Positions 22,568 to 33,545 of a DNA stretch of 64,000 bases are shown in pieces. The position numbers were made by a program, and so were the translations under genes. The stretch spans positions 12,319,563 to 12,383,562 of the forward strand of contig CM085492.1 of assembly GCA_041753875.1 (NCBI GenBank). Direction: 5' to 3'. The notes below the pieces were generated by a model, which worked only from the letters and a program-made list of their open reading frames with translations, did no database searches and was not told where the DNA came from. This stretch comes from Acanthopagrus schlegelii (lineage: Eukaryota). Every line of letters begins with the position of its first letter. Position 1 is the stretch's first letter.

Positions 22568-23039
22568 TAAATGTGATATTCTGTTCAGTTTCATACCTTT
22601 TAAAGCATAACTGACACAATGAAAATGTTGAATATGTTGTTTTGTTCACACATTGCATCCTAGCATGTTTTGCATGATATTCGAAACTTGTAACTTATGA
22701 TAATTTGCTCACTGAATGCTTGTAAGAGTCTGAGCCCACATTAAACAGTGAAATGATTAGTTTAAGGGGCAGTATGTAAGAACTGGCATATTTCTAATTA
22801 TATTATAGGTAACATGATACAATTCATGTCATGTAATTATCTTTTTCATCATCTCTAGACATCTGCAGCCCTTGAAGTGGCGACAGTTAGCATTTAGCAT
22901 GTAGCTAGTGATCACTGAACAGACTTACACCTGTGATGCCAACAGGAATACAGGAAACTGTGATGACAGTAGTTACACAAAATGACTCTTTAAAGTGAAT
23001 TTAATGTCATAATGTTGTGTTGTTGTGTTTGTTTTCTAG

Positions 23040-23114
23040 GAGAGCTCAGTGGAGGTTCAGCCTGTGGAGATGGCATCTTTCCCCACTGAAGAAAACCCAC
23101 TGGAAGCTGACGAG
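23040..23114 (+). CDS. Exon 44: ESSVEVQPVEMASFPTEENPLEADE.
   Basis: Acceptor gttttctag, donor gtgtgt, 75 nt. This is the last of 44 consecutive exons whose lengths are divisible by 3. Confidence 0.6.
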
Positions 23115-23292
23115 GTGTGTTTTTTGGGGGCACTTTCGACACTTGTAGTTTGGATTTGTAATGTCCGAACCAAGAGAAAGAATTATGTATTGTTGCATTT
23201 TAGTTGTGGCCTGTTTCGGTTTTAGACTTTGATATAAAAGAAGAACATCAATGTACTTTAGGGTTTTCTTTGACAAAGTTCTCTGTTTTCAG

Positions 23293-23332
23293 GAAAATGA
23301 TGAGTTGATGGAGTGGTGGAACACTGTCAAAG
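23293..23332 (+). CDS. Exon 45: ENDELMEWWNTVK plus one carried nucleotide (40 nt, ends in phase 1).
   Basis: Acceptor ctgttttcag, donor gtttgt. Frame is restored across exons 45-47 (40+52+415 = 507 nt). Confidence 0.55.
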
Positions 23333-23468
23333 GTTTGTGTGTTTGTCTTCAACTTTAATTGGTTCAGACTAGTTAGTTTATTCACACACACGCATACATA
23401 CACACTAACACATACAAGAAATCAGCACATTTATTACTAATTCTGTCACAACTTCTGCCGGTTGCCAG

Positions 23469-23520
23469 GTTGGGCAGAGTGGAACGAGACATCCAATTTC
23501 CAGGAGGATGATGAGGAAAT
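23469..23520 (+). CDS. Exon 46: (G)WAEWNETSNFQEDDEE(M), 52 nt.
   Basis: Acceptor gttgccag, donor gtaagc. Confidence 0.55.
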
Positions 23521-24047
23521 GTAAGCATAGTTTTATTTTCTTAAACACCCTTTCATTCTGATTTACACAGAAGATGTTATTTTAGCATTTTGAGGAATAT
23601 TTTTTATGCTTACTGTCTTAAAAAGCATTGAAATCAGTTTCTTCCAAAAACGGCTTTAGAAGGCATTTAAGTCTTACATCATATTCACAAAAAAGTTATT
23701 ATATTTTGATGTTTTCTCTTGCTTTCTGTAGGCAGTAATGTTGTGAAATATTATTGTATTTAAAATGCGGGAGGTTTAGAGACGTAACATCAGTACACTA
23801 AAATCAGGATTGTTGCAACAGGAGGCTGTTGCTGTAAATCCTTACAGTTGGAGTCAAATGTCATAATTTCGACTTGTGCAGATGCCCTCTTTTTATTTAG
23901 TTAGTTATGTAGTATTTGTGTTTGTGCTCAAATGATGAATGTAAATATTTTCAAGACCCCATGTTTTACTGTGTGCACATGTACAACCTACCAGCATCTA
24001 ACTTTAAACCTAACAGACACACCATCTCTTCACATCCTTCTCTGTAG

Positions 24048-24462
24048 GGCGATGGAGCAGGCAGCTGATCGTGTCTACATGGCCGCCCGTCTGTTCGTGC
24101 GTCTCTTCAACAATCGGGGGGCGTCCCTGCAGAGTCGCATCCTGGAGCTTGTGGCTCTGGCCGACGCTGCAGATGAGTTCCACAAGAAAACGGTGAAGGC
24201 TGCTGTGGGTGGAGGGGTGGCCAGCGTCGCTGGCAGCGTGGCGACAATCACGGGCCTCATTCTGGCACCTTTCACTTTCGGTGCGTCGATTATCGTCACG
24301 GCGGTGGGGATCAGCGTGGCGACAGCGGGCAGCATCACCTCAGCGACGGCCAACATCACCGATACGGTTCACTCCAGCATGGACCGTAAGAAGCTGGAGA
24401 AGATGATCCAGGGCTACCAGGAGGAGATCAAAGACATCAGGGAGTGTTTGGAGTTTGTGCAG
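24048..24462 (+). CDS. Exon 47: core ApoL domain, AMEQAADRVYMAARLFVRLFNNRGASLQSRILELVALADAADEFHKKTVKAAVGGGVASVAGSVATITGLILAPFTFGASIIVTAVGISVATAGSITSATANITDTVHSSMDRKKLEKMIQGYQEEIKDIRECLEFVQ.
   Basis: Acceptor tctctgtag, donor gtgagg. Matches the conserved APOL block (LAD...VHKG..IA.VVG.S...SG.L.L.GL.LAPFT.GGSL...) including the hydrophobic helix-hairpin. Confidence 0.85.
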
Positions 24463-24614
24463 GTGAGGAAATGTAGATAAAGTCAAATGAGTCACAATTC
24501 TCATTACGTTATCTTACATTATACGTCAAGTGCAGACTAGACCACAACTAGAGATAAGATACCATCTTGCGTCACAGTTCTTACAGCCCCTTTCTCTCTC
24601 TGTGCGTCCTGTAG

Positions 24615-26222
24615 GCGGGTATGGACACCCTGCAGGAGTGGGACTTTGAAAAGTATTCTGAGAGTGCTACCAAGAAGGCGCTGAACCACAACCTCAAGCA
24701 CGTGATGAAGGAGGGCGGTCGCGCCGGAAAAGCCCTGATGATCAACACCGATAAGCTCATCAGCACTGTGCAGATTTTGGGCGCTGCAGGCGGCGCCGCC
24801 AAAGCTGCCCAGGCCATCAGCGTCACCACAGGGGTCATGTCGGCGCTCTTCCTCGCTCTGGACGTTTTCTTCCTCGCCAAGGACTCCCATGAGCTCCGCA
24901 AAGGCGCCAAGACAAAGTTCGCCACCAAGATCAGGGACGTATGTAAAGAACTTCAGGATGGCCTCCTGGAGCTGAACAAGGTGAAGACGCAGCTGCAGAA
25001 GACCATGGACGGCATCGAGGTGGAGGAGTACGAGGAAATTGAGGAGGTGGAGGTGGAAGTTGAGGACGAATTGGAGTCGGATCCGAAGAAGCTGGCTGAG
25101 CTGGAGCAGGAGCTGGACCTCCTGGAGGAGAAACTGGACAAGAAGGCAGAGGAGCAGCAGAAGAGTAAAGGGATGGAGAAGGAAAATTTGAAAAGTAAGA
25201 AACAGGAGGAGAAGAGCATGAAGGAGAAAGAAGAAGTGGGAAATGATGCTAAGAAAGAAGGAAAGAAGGAAAGCAAAAAGGACAAAGTTGAGGGAGAAAA
25301 CAAGCTTGAGATGAAAAAATTAGATAAGATCTCTGATGAGGAAGTGGAGCAGAAAAATGAGACTGTCAAAGAAGCCAAAGAGGAGGTTTTAAAAGAACAG
25401 TCTCAGAAAGGAAAGAAGAAAGACAAAGAGACTGAAAACCGAATTACGGCTGGAAAAGAAAAATATGAAAGCAAGAGAGACACGGCAAAAGAAGAAAATG
25501 TTCCAAATAAAAAGGCAGGTGAGAAGGAAAAAGAACCCGAGGAAATTAAGATCAGATCAGGCCATTCAAAACAACAGGAACAGGTTGAAAAAGTACATTC
25601 TGGAAGGAGTAAGAGCAGCAGAGAGGTAGACAGAGGGATAACCGAAGAAAAAGAGGTGAGAAGTGGGAGTAAGGGGAGGCGCAGGAGCGAGAAAGATCAA
25701 CCCCATAAGAGTGAAAGGGGGAGCGTGCACGAAACGAAAGAGACAGACAAGGACAGAGGCAGCCGGCGAGAGGAGGAGAGAGGAGCGAGGAACTGGAGGG
25801 CTGAGGTGGCTAAAAGTAGAGACGGCAAGGAAGGAAGAGAATCAAAGGGGGAGGATCACGCGAGGAAAGATTCGCACCGGAGTCACGGAACGTCGTCGGT
25901 GAGGGAGCGTCAGGAGAGAGATCGGGGGCACAGCAGAAAGGGATCTGACTCGGAGAGGAGTCACCACAGGAGAGGATCGGACGAGCACAGGGAGAGAGGA
26001 GACGAGAAGCGAGGGAGCAGGATCGAGAGCGCGAGGAGGCAGTTCGAGCGAGCCGGGGGAGAGAAGGAGGAGGAGGAGAGGGGGAAGAGGAGAGAGGATG
26101 GGGGGAGTCAGAGGGGGGAGAGAGAGAGGAGAGGGAGTGACAGAGACAGAGAGCACCGACACAGCCACCGAGGATCTCGATCGCGATCCAGCGTGCTGCT
26201 GGAGGACGGACTTTATATTTAG
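24615..26222 (+). CDS. Exon 48 (last): ApoL C-terminal region AGMDTLQEWDFEKY...GVMSALFLALDVFFLAKDSHELRKGAKTKFATKIRDVCKELQDGLLELNKVKTQLQ, then a ~430-aa tail that is E/K-rich and then R/S/D/E/G/H-rich. Stop TAG at 26220..26222.
   Basis: Acceptor cgtcctgtag. A single 1.6-kb ORF (24621..26222 in the ORF track). Matches the APOL C-terminus (LDVV.LV.ESKHL.EGAKSE.AEELKKVAQELEEKL). Confidence 0.85.
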   Translation, partial: AGMDTLQEWDFEKYSESATKKALNHNLKHVMKEGGRAGKALMINTDKLISTVQILGAAGGAAKAAQAISVTTGVMSALFLALDVFFLAKDSHELRKGAKTKFATKIRDVCKELQDGLLELNKVKTQLQKTMDGIEVEEYEEIEEVEVEVEDELESDPKKLAELEQELDLLEEKLDKKAEEQQKSKGMEKENLKSKKQEEKSMKEKEEVGNDAKKEGKKESKKDKVEGENKLEMKKLDKISDEEVEQKNETVKEAKEEVLKEQSQKGKKKDKETENRITAGKEKYESKRDTAKEENVPNKKAGEKEKEPEEIKIRSGHSKQQEQVEKVHSGRSKSSREVDRGITEEKEVRSGSKGRRRSEKDQPHKSERGSVHETKETDKDRGSRREEERGARNWRAEVAKSRDGKEGRESKGEDHARKDSHRSHGTSSVRERQERDRGHSRKGSDSERSHHRRGSDEHRERGDEKRGSRIESARRQFERAGGEKEEEERGKRREDGGSQRGERERRGSDRDREHRHSHRGSRSRSSVLLEDGLYI

Positions 26223-27575
26223 TTTTAAAGACGTCACAATAATCCTTTTTCAAAGATTAGGTTTAGATTCTTTTAAAGGGACAGTACACCCCAAAATCTG
26301 TAGTGCGATTTATCCATGTACATAGTTTTTTGGAGATGTCAACAAAAGAGATATTTGCCTTCTCTGAATATATTGGAACTAGACGGCGCTCGTCTTGTGG
26401 TGCTCCAAGCGCCAAAACACACATTTTATGAAATCAACAGGAAGTCTCTTTCCTGAAATCATGACTCAAGGACCTGGTTTTTGGCAGTTTGATATAAAAA
26501 ACATTTACTATTCAAGACTTCCTCGACTGAACTGGAACTTCCTGTGTGTGTGGAAATGTCACGTTATCATGGCCTCGTTCATTAAATTCATCATATTGTG
26601 AAGTTTTTGTTTGTTGAAAACTCAGATAAGACTTGGAGTGCCAATAAGGTGCTTTTATCAGTTTCTGCACCAGTGTTTCTTTGGATACGACCACTAGGAG
26701 TTTTATCACTTCCTTCCTTTTTCTTTTTTTAAAAAGTGCTTTTTTGTTTGTTAGTTTGTTTTGGTGCCCCAGGATCAGATTTCTTCACAGCAAAGCACAT
26801 ATGTCACTTAAAGCAACAGAACAGCTGATTGTTGAGTCACGCCGACAGGTCGTCAAATACTGACTCTTTGGACCTGAGCTGCTATCCCACGGCGTCAGTA
26901 ATTGCCCAGATTTTTTTGCTTTAATCCGTAGACAGGCTGCTTGTTAACGATTTCAGATTTCAGATTTCAGATCACCTTTAAACAAATATCTAAAACCTTT
27001 TCATGTGTTTCTAAAACATGTATTTCTGAACGGTGTCTGTTACTTTATATATTTCTGGTGTTTCAGGGTAAAACTACTTGTTTTTTGCAGTAGGATTGTT
27101 GAAGTCTGTATTGTGCCTTTTTATATGAACACACTGTGTGTATATTGTGTTGTCTATTGGACCAGTGTTGTTATGTCACAAAAACACCAGTATGTGAAGA
27201 GTTTTTCATGCAGTCGTTGTATCTCAGGAAGTACAGAAACGTGCTCTGGGGAGATGTACCAGAGTGGTACAATGATAATCACCATTCCTGGAAATTAATC
27301 ATGAGTTTTTGGTCTTTACGATCATCTGTTACTATTTCCACTCAGTGCACTTTAGTCAGGCGTTGCCTTCCTCACGTCTGCGCTCTCAAGTTTTACATCA
27401 GAAATGACTACTTCCTGATGTTTCTGCAATGTTGTGCAATGGTACAATTTTTCTGTTTTCATCACCGGTGTCTTCTTTTATACTTTATATGTTTGTCATT
27501 TTATATGGGTAAATATTTTTTATGGTGCTGGTTTCTTACTGAACAAATAAATTACTACTACTGAACGGTATGATT
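26223..27575 (+). other. Probable 3' UTR of the large ApoL-like gene, with an AATAAA at 27546..27551.
   Basis: AT-rich sequence with no coding signal. One canonical poly(A) signal lies ~1.3 kb after the stop codon. Confidence 0.35.
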
Positions 27576-30553
27576 TTGGCTCTCAATTTCTATCACTTTT
27601 TTTTTTCTTTTCTAGTATTTTCTGCTGTTCACTTCAAGTCATTCACCTCAGAAATGAACTATTTGATGGCATAAGTGAACAATTAGTATATTAAATGCAT
27701 AGTAAATAATTTCTGCCACTTGCTCAATCATAACAGTAACAAACAACATAGTTTGCTGACCTCAATGCATGTGAAAATATATACCGATAAGACTAGGTAA
27801 GCTTGCGTCCGTGTGTTTAAATATAGGACATTCACACCCACCCCGATGTTTTCAATTTTCATTAGCCCTCTCTCCAGGATGAAGTAAGGTGGGGCATCTG
27901 GGGGTGGAAAAATACGTACAGTGTCACACCCTCTCAGGCCTGAGGAGAGCCTGTGGGTTTACAAAGGGTATGTGTGAGCTTTTTGCCTTTACGGAAATTG
28001 TTTGTCATCACGCGGTGTGCGAGCAGGTGCCAGGCTTCTGAGTGATGTCAAATCAGTGATCCCTCTGAAACACTACAATTAAGAAAGGGGAAGTTATTGA
28101 ACGGGTGTGTTTTTAAAAAACAGTTCCTGGGTTCAGGTTGTGAGTCTGGAGACACTCATATAATCTCATCTTGATCTCTTCTTATCATGAGTTTGTTGGC
28201 TTTTCTTGTCTTAAGAGGTGACAAGAAATGAATAGGCGGAAATGAGCAGCTCTTAAAGTATTTTCCATCTTGTCACTTCATTTTCTGCCGATTCATATCT
28301 CACATGCTCAGCAATCCCAGGCATCTGTACTGATGTTATCTCACAGAATGAGGAAGTGTTCACAAGACTGACAGGATGCCAGGACGAACACAGAACATTG
28401 TCTCTATTGTCTGTTTTTGTTGTGTGCTCAAAAAGTTTACTGTGCACCAAACTGTGTATATTTACATATTTAGTGACATACATCCGCAAAACTAGATATT
28501 GTGATCGCTTTGGAAGTTCTGTTCTGTCATATGTCCAAAATGATTCATGTGTCAAATCATTCTGTCTTTCTGGTGACCTGTTTTCCTAAATTCTACATGC
28601 AAATGTTTTTGCGTGTGTTGGGGGGAAAAAAGAGAAAAAGATCTCAATAGAAAACATTTTTTTCATGTGTAGAACCGAGTGGAAAAAAACGTTTTTCGCA
28701 AGAAAATCGTAGAAATCAAAATAGAGGTAGAGGAAGATGAAATATTTTTTTCACAAATCAACTGATATTCTGATATTCTCTGTTTTTCAGAGGATCTTTC
28801 CCTTGTTTCATGTGAATCCCCCCCCCCCCCTGATATTTTTTGGTCTCTTTGAAACCAAATGAAATTTTTTTATTTTTTTATTTTCTTTAACCAGAAAAAA
28901 ATCTCACTTGCCCCTCAGGGACAGAGAGCAGGATGTCATTAAGGGGACTTTTGCAATCTCAAAAATACAGTAACAATACAATACAATAAAAAACAATAAC
29001 AAAACAACAAACAACAATAAAACACCAACCATACAACACAATAGATGTTGTACAATAGAAGTTTTGGTTTTTGGCCTCTAAGAGAGAAAGTTGTGAACCG
29101 TTGGTGTTGGCATGTTAACATGCTAACAGTGACAATGCTCACATTCTGGTGTCAAGGAGGTGACGTGTTAAGCATTACCTGTTATTTTTTGCGAACAGAT
29201 TGCCATTCTTTATAGCACAGCACTTGTACACATTTAAAAACGGACATCTTGACTTGAGTGACATTCCAAACTGCTCAGTATTACACACAGATTGACTGGT
29301 TTCCATCACGCTGTGTAAAGAACCCACCTCCATTTTCTTCAAGAAATGCTTTTTCTAGTTTCAGTACTGTTTCTTTGCACTCTCGTTCTTCATGTTTGTT
29401 TTGTCTTTACAAAAGGCACGGACAGACGCGCACACTGGGCTCGTCACAGCTTACTTAAAGTGTATGTTTTGGTCAAACAGTCCAGACCCACAGAACAAAC
29501 AGATTACTCAGAGAGCCAATGGACGTGGACACATCAGACCTGCACAGCCCTGCAGTCTGTTTGTTGAGGGATCAGTTTGAGCAAAACCTGTTTTAACATA
29601 AATGTAAATAGTTTTTTTTTTATGCATATTACATCGCTGAGACAATATCGCAGGGTGGAGCTGCCTCTCGGCTGAACTCGAAGGGGAGCACAGGGCAAAC
29701 AATTTGAAACAACATCAAGTTGGATCCGTCACCAAAGAAAACTCCACATCGTCACATTATCAACATGAACAGCTGATCATTATATTCTTGTAGCTCTGAA
29801 TGAGTTCATTTTTAATCATCCTGCCAAGAATAACATTTACGGTACTCAAGACACACTCAAGAGCTGCTGCCAGACATTTTCACGTCAGTAGTCTCATGGA
29901 TCCCGTTTGATAGGTGATGTATTCCATCATCAGAGTCAGGAAATCTGAATGTGGGCCAGATATGTGTGAAGTCAAGAGAGGGTCATCGACACGTAATTAT
30001 TACCTCTTGAGCTTTTAGCTATTTGGTTGATTTTCTAAATTCTCGTCCAGGTAGAAGAAAAACTGACTTTACTTATTCATTTATTTTATTTTAACATTGT
30101 TCCTCAAAGAAGACTTGGAAACAGATCAGAGATGAAAACAAAATGTACGAGAAAATACAACTTCATTTTTAACTGAATACATGAAACGTTAACTCTTTGT
30201 GGGTGGTCGGGGTTGTGTTGTGAGACTCACGACTTCAGCTAGTATTACACATGTTGCTCCACTATCTGAAATTGTGTCTTTGATTTTGAAACTTTGTAAC
30301 CATTTATTGTACATGCACTGCCACCATAATTAAAATGAGCTGTTGTTATTTTGTTATTGCTGCTTGTTTTGACCAGTTATTTCTGAGGTTTTGTATTATT
30401 AGTATTCATCATCGTGTATTCATTTATCCAGTCTTTGTGAAGTGTTTTGGCCTGCGCATTTGCATGAAAGGTGCTATATGAATAAAGTTATTATTAGTGG
30501 TATTATTAGTAGTATGGCTGTATTGTATTTCTGGTACAGCACAAAATAAGCAT

Positions 30554-30554
<1 letters not shown>

Positions 30555-30588
<34 letters not shown>

Positions 30589-30590
30589 CT
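30555..30590. repeat. (AAT)n microsatellite.
   Basis: aataataataataataataataataataa. Confidence 0.9.
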
Positions 30591-32479
30591 GTCTTACGTT
30601 ATGTTTTATGCCTTTTGAAACAAATTTTACAAAGTGCTGTGACAGAGAAGCAAAAGCAGGAAACTTGATACAGAACAAACACTCAACATTCAACAAGGAA
30701 GCTTAGACCAAGGAGAAGTTAAAACAAGACAGCAAACACAAAATGGTGATAAGTAATTACAAGAAAAAGGAGGCAGGCAAAATCACAGGATAAAAGCAAT
30801 GCAGATTAAGAGATAAAAGAAGAAAATCAATAATGGACGATACAGGGATGAAATCAGAGGATTTAAAAAATGGAGTAAGAACTGTAAAAGAATCAAATTT
30901 GAACATGAGTTAACGGTAAACACATAAAAGCCACACAGGACGGTTAGAAAAAGAAGAATTAACATCAGAGGCAAACAAAAAAGACATGAGTCTATTAAAG
31001 TGGCTTTTAAGACGTGATGTATGAGAAGTTACTGAATCTCCTCAGGTAGGTCGAAAAAGCAGAAGCGAGGTATATGTAGCGTAGTGAATTTGTTAGTAGC
31101 CACAGCAGCACCGATTGCTGCAAAAGGTCCAGTGGGTTGGATTTATGGAGATCTATTCGCAGAAATATTCGAAAAGGTGCAGTGCTGTAGTTCCTCATCT
31201 ATCGTTTCACTGCACGCTGCAGGTGACACCAGGTGCTCTGTACTGAATTATATAAGCACAGATGACACCTTATATTGTGTTTAGAGGACATAAATCCATT
31301 ACCCGCTCGCTCAGGTACACCAGACAATACAAGAGCAGCCGTGGACGAGCTGAGTTTCACTCTGAGATTGAGTTTCAGATAAACCAAAAACTGGTTCCAT
31401 CTCTCAACATCTCCTTCGTAATCATAGTTCCGGCAACCCGTAGGAACAATCTAAATCAGCTGTTGACCTTTTTTTGACAATAACTCAGATAATGGAGGTT
31501 TCTTCCCTAATGATAGTGTGAAGACAGGGTCCTTCTTCTTTGTCTTTAAGGGAATTAATTCTTCACTTTGGAGGGTCACCTCCTGTTGTTGGGTAGGGGT
31601 CCGCCCTGCTTAAAAGATCAGGTGACAACAAGAGAAATCTGATCCGTCTGTGTCTCAGGAGAGAGTTGAAGGTCTCACAAAGGGTTAAATATAGTTTCAT
31701 ATAGGCTCTCAGCGTCGATAGAATTGAAAAACAGGGGGGAGTCACCTAAATCTTGTCAATTTTAGCGTGTCAGAATCAAATCTATCCACATTGAATGTTT
31801 GTTTATTAAAAATCAATGCAGCTCTCTTGATAACTTTTAGTAACCCCACGACACGCAGCTCAAAAACTGCTGAGCGGGATGGGCGAGATCATAGCTGTTG
31901 CCAACAAACAAAAAACTTCCTGATTAGGAAAGAGGAAACCGATTACTGAGCCGAAAAGAATGTTGGGTCACGATGTTCCGAGGGTTTCACCTGAAAACCT
32001 GAGGAGTGACAGCCAGCAGTCTGGTATTCGTGGTCACGCTGGCTATGACGTCATGTCAGCAGGTGACACTGGAGGGGCGACTGAGAAAAGCAGTGATGGA
32101 TGACATTTTATAGTATCAGTTACAAGTTGTCCAGGTGAGTAAGATACAATATGCCAAATCAAATCAGTCTGCCAATTAAAGGTCCAATATGTAATTACTA
32201 CGTGAGCATTGAAGCTAGAAAAAGGTGGCAGGGTCCGCCACACATAAACAAAGTGAAACAGTATGAATCTGTGTCGCCCTCTAATCCTTTAAGTCAATTT
32301 GTTCATCCAGTTTGTTCAGTTGTGAAGACAAAGAGAAGTGTGTTTATTCAGTTTGTTCAGCCCGTATAAATCAGTTACATTCCATCACTGCTGCTCATCA
32401 AGATAGTTAATACAACAAAATGTGCGTTGAGAAGAACTGCCATCCACTTCAGTGAACCGCAGATTTTACAGCAAAAAAA

Positions 32480-32701
32480 AGCTTCCTGGGAGAGCACACC
32501 TTCCTGGCAGGTAGTGGGTCAGGTGAATTCTCACAAAGCCCCGCCCCCTCCCTCAGGATGCTGCAGACCCCGCCCTCCTCTGAGCATCAGCGCTGACATG
32601 AGCCGACTTAAATCTCCTCAAGGATCAAATGCACACAGAGCAGCAGAGACAGCTGAGCAGAGAACATTCCCGCGCATCAACATCTCACACCTACAGCTCA
32701 G
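32480..32701 (+). promoter_or_regulatory. Putative promoter plus non-coding first exon of the DOMON-domain gene. GC boxes (ccccgccccctccc, ccccgccctcc) lie at ~32540..32580 and the exon ends at donor cagctcag|gtaaga at 32701.
   Basis: Sp1-like GC boxes followed by a consensus donor. The next acceptor is at 33444, just before the ATG exon. Confidence 0.35.
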
Positions 32702-33446
32702 GTAAGACCCTCTGAAATAAGGAGGAAAAAAAACTTGATCGAGTCACATTTTTGTATTCAGTATTAACTGAGTCTGTACTATTATTTATTGTGATTATTG
32801 TTAAATTACTTTTCATTATTATTATTATCATATCATTTTACTAACCAGATCAATGGAAGGATAAATACGTTGCTGTGTGATTTGAAAGAAGATGAAAGTG
32901 AAGCTTGTTTTCTTTTGAACTACACAAAATGGGATGATTTAAAATTTTCCATTTTTTTTCCGTGAACTTGCTCGACAAAATTAAAACATCCAGATGTACA
33001 AATAATCAGAAACTGGACCTGTGTTCTTTTTTGTTTTGTTTAATTTGGTACTTTTGAAGTTCTCCTTTGTCTCGAACTCCTGGTAAAGAAGGAGAGACCG
33101 ATTTAATATAACAGTATTGATTCTGATTCCTTCACTAGAAAAGAACTACACATCATGGTACACACAGTATAATAGAGTTATTTTTTTTGTTTTCACTAAA
33201 GGTGTTCTGTTTTGAACGCGGTTTGAGTTGGTTTTCTTTATCCTTAGACTTGACACAGCACTCTTGTAGGCTTACATGGATTTATGGATGCACGGCTGTA
33301 AAAACCTTGTTAATAATGTACATTCTAATCTAACTTGTACGTTTAAGTATGGTTAAGTTGTTGATTTGCCTATACAATACCTTATTTGTCTGGTTTGAAT
33401 ATTGACCCTATATTTCCTGTTCGCTCTCTGTGCCTTCCCGTCAGGA

Positions 33447-33545
33447 ATGGAACGAGGATTGATCCTGCTGGTTTCAGCGTTGATGGCCTTTATGGCCGCA
33501 GGTGTCCAAGGAACGTTTCATCTGTCATTTGCCAATAATACAGAG
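33447..33545 (+). CDS. DOMON-domain gene exon 2 (coding part): MERGLILLVSALMAFMAAGVQGTFHLSFANNTE, a signal peptide.
   Basis: Acceptor ccttcccgtcag, ATG, hydrophobic h-region then AGVQG|T cleavage-like site. Donor is gttcgt. Confidence 0.65.

Larger units (their letters stand above)
7084..26222 (+). other. Gene span (CDS start to stop) of a large modular ApoL-domain gene with ~48 coding exons and ~1680 codons. The N-terminal repeat region is built from micro-exons, followed by the ApoL domain and a charged low-complexity tail.
   Basis: All 48 exon segments are bounded by AG/GT, join in one continuous reading frame with no stop codons, and end in exons with clear ApoL homology. Intron segments contain stops in the same frame. 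Confidence 0.8.

Noticed and set aside
22249-22610. ORFs encoding poly-Tyr/Cys, poly-Asn and poly-Leu (22249..22431 +, 22322..22594 -, 22338..22610 +)
   Set aside because: Translations of the (ATT)n/(GTT)n microsatellite. Only the 22461..22523 segment is a real exon, in the frame that joins the flanking exons.
24075-26253. Several long antisense ORFs (24075..24359 -, 24537..24890 -, 24581..24928 -, 24953..25378 -, 25810..26253 -, 25842..26237 -) and short + ORFs (24209..24406, 25663..25902, 26098..26325) overlapping the ApoL exons
   Set aside because: They are shadow ORFs in the reverse and alternative frames of a GC- and purine-rich coding exon. Their translations are low-complexity Ser/Pro/Leu or Arg-rich with no homology. 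The sense frame carries clear ApoL homology.
27005-27564. 97-aa and 142-aa ORFs in AT-rich sequence after the ApoL gene stop
   Set aside because: Cys/Phe/Leu-rich nonsense typical of AT-rich 3' UTR. They lie before the AATAAA at 27546 and have no splice context.
28800-28830. Poly-C run (13 C) and surrounding A/T homopolymer-rich oddities at 28600..28900
   Set aside because: Low-complexity intergenic sequence with no associated structure. Possibly a sequencing-difficult region, and not biologically interpretable from sequence alone.
31000-32100. Complex, moderately GC-rich segment with scattered short ORFs upstream of the DOMON gene
   Set aside because: No coherent coding frame or splice structure. 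Possibly a degraded transposon fragment, but no diagnostic termini or protein similarity could be established by eye.
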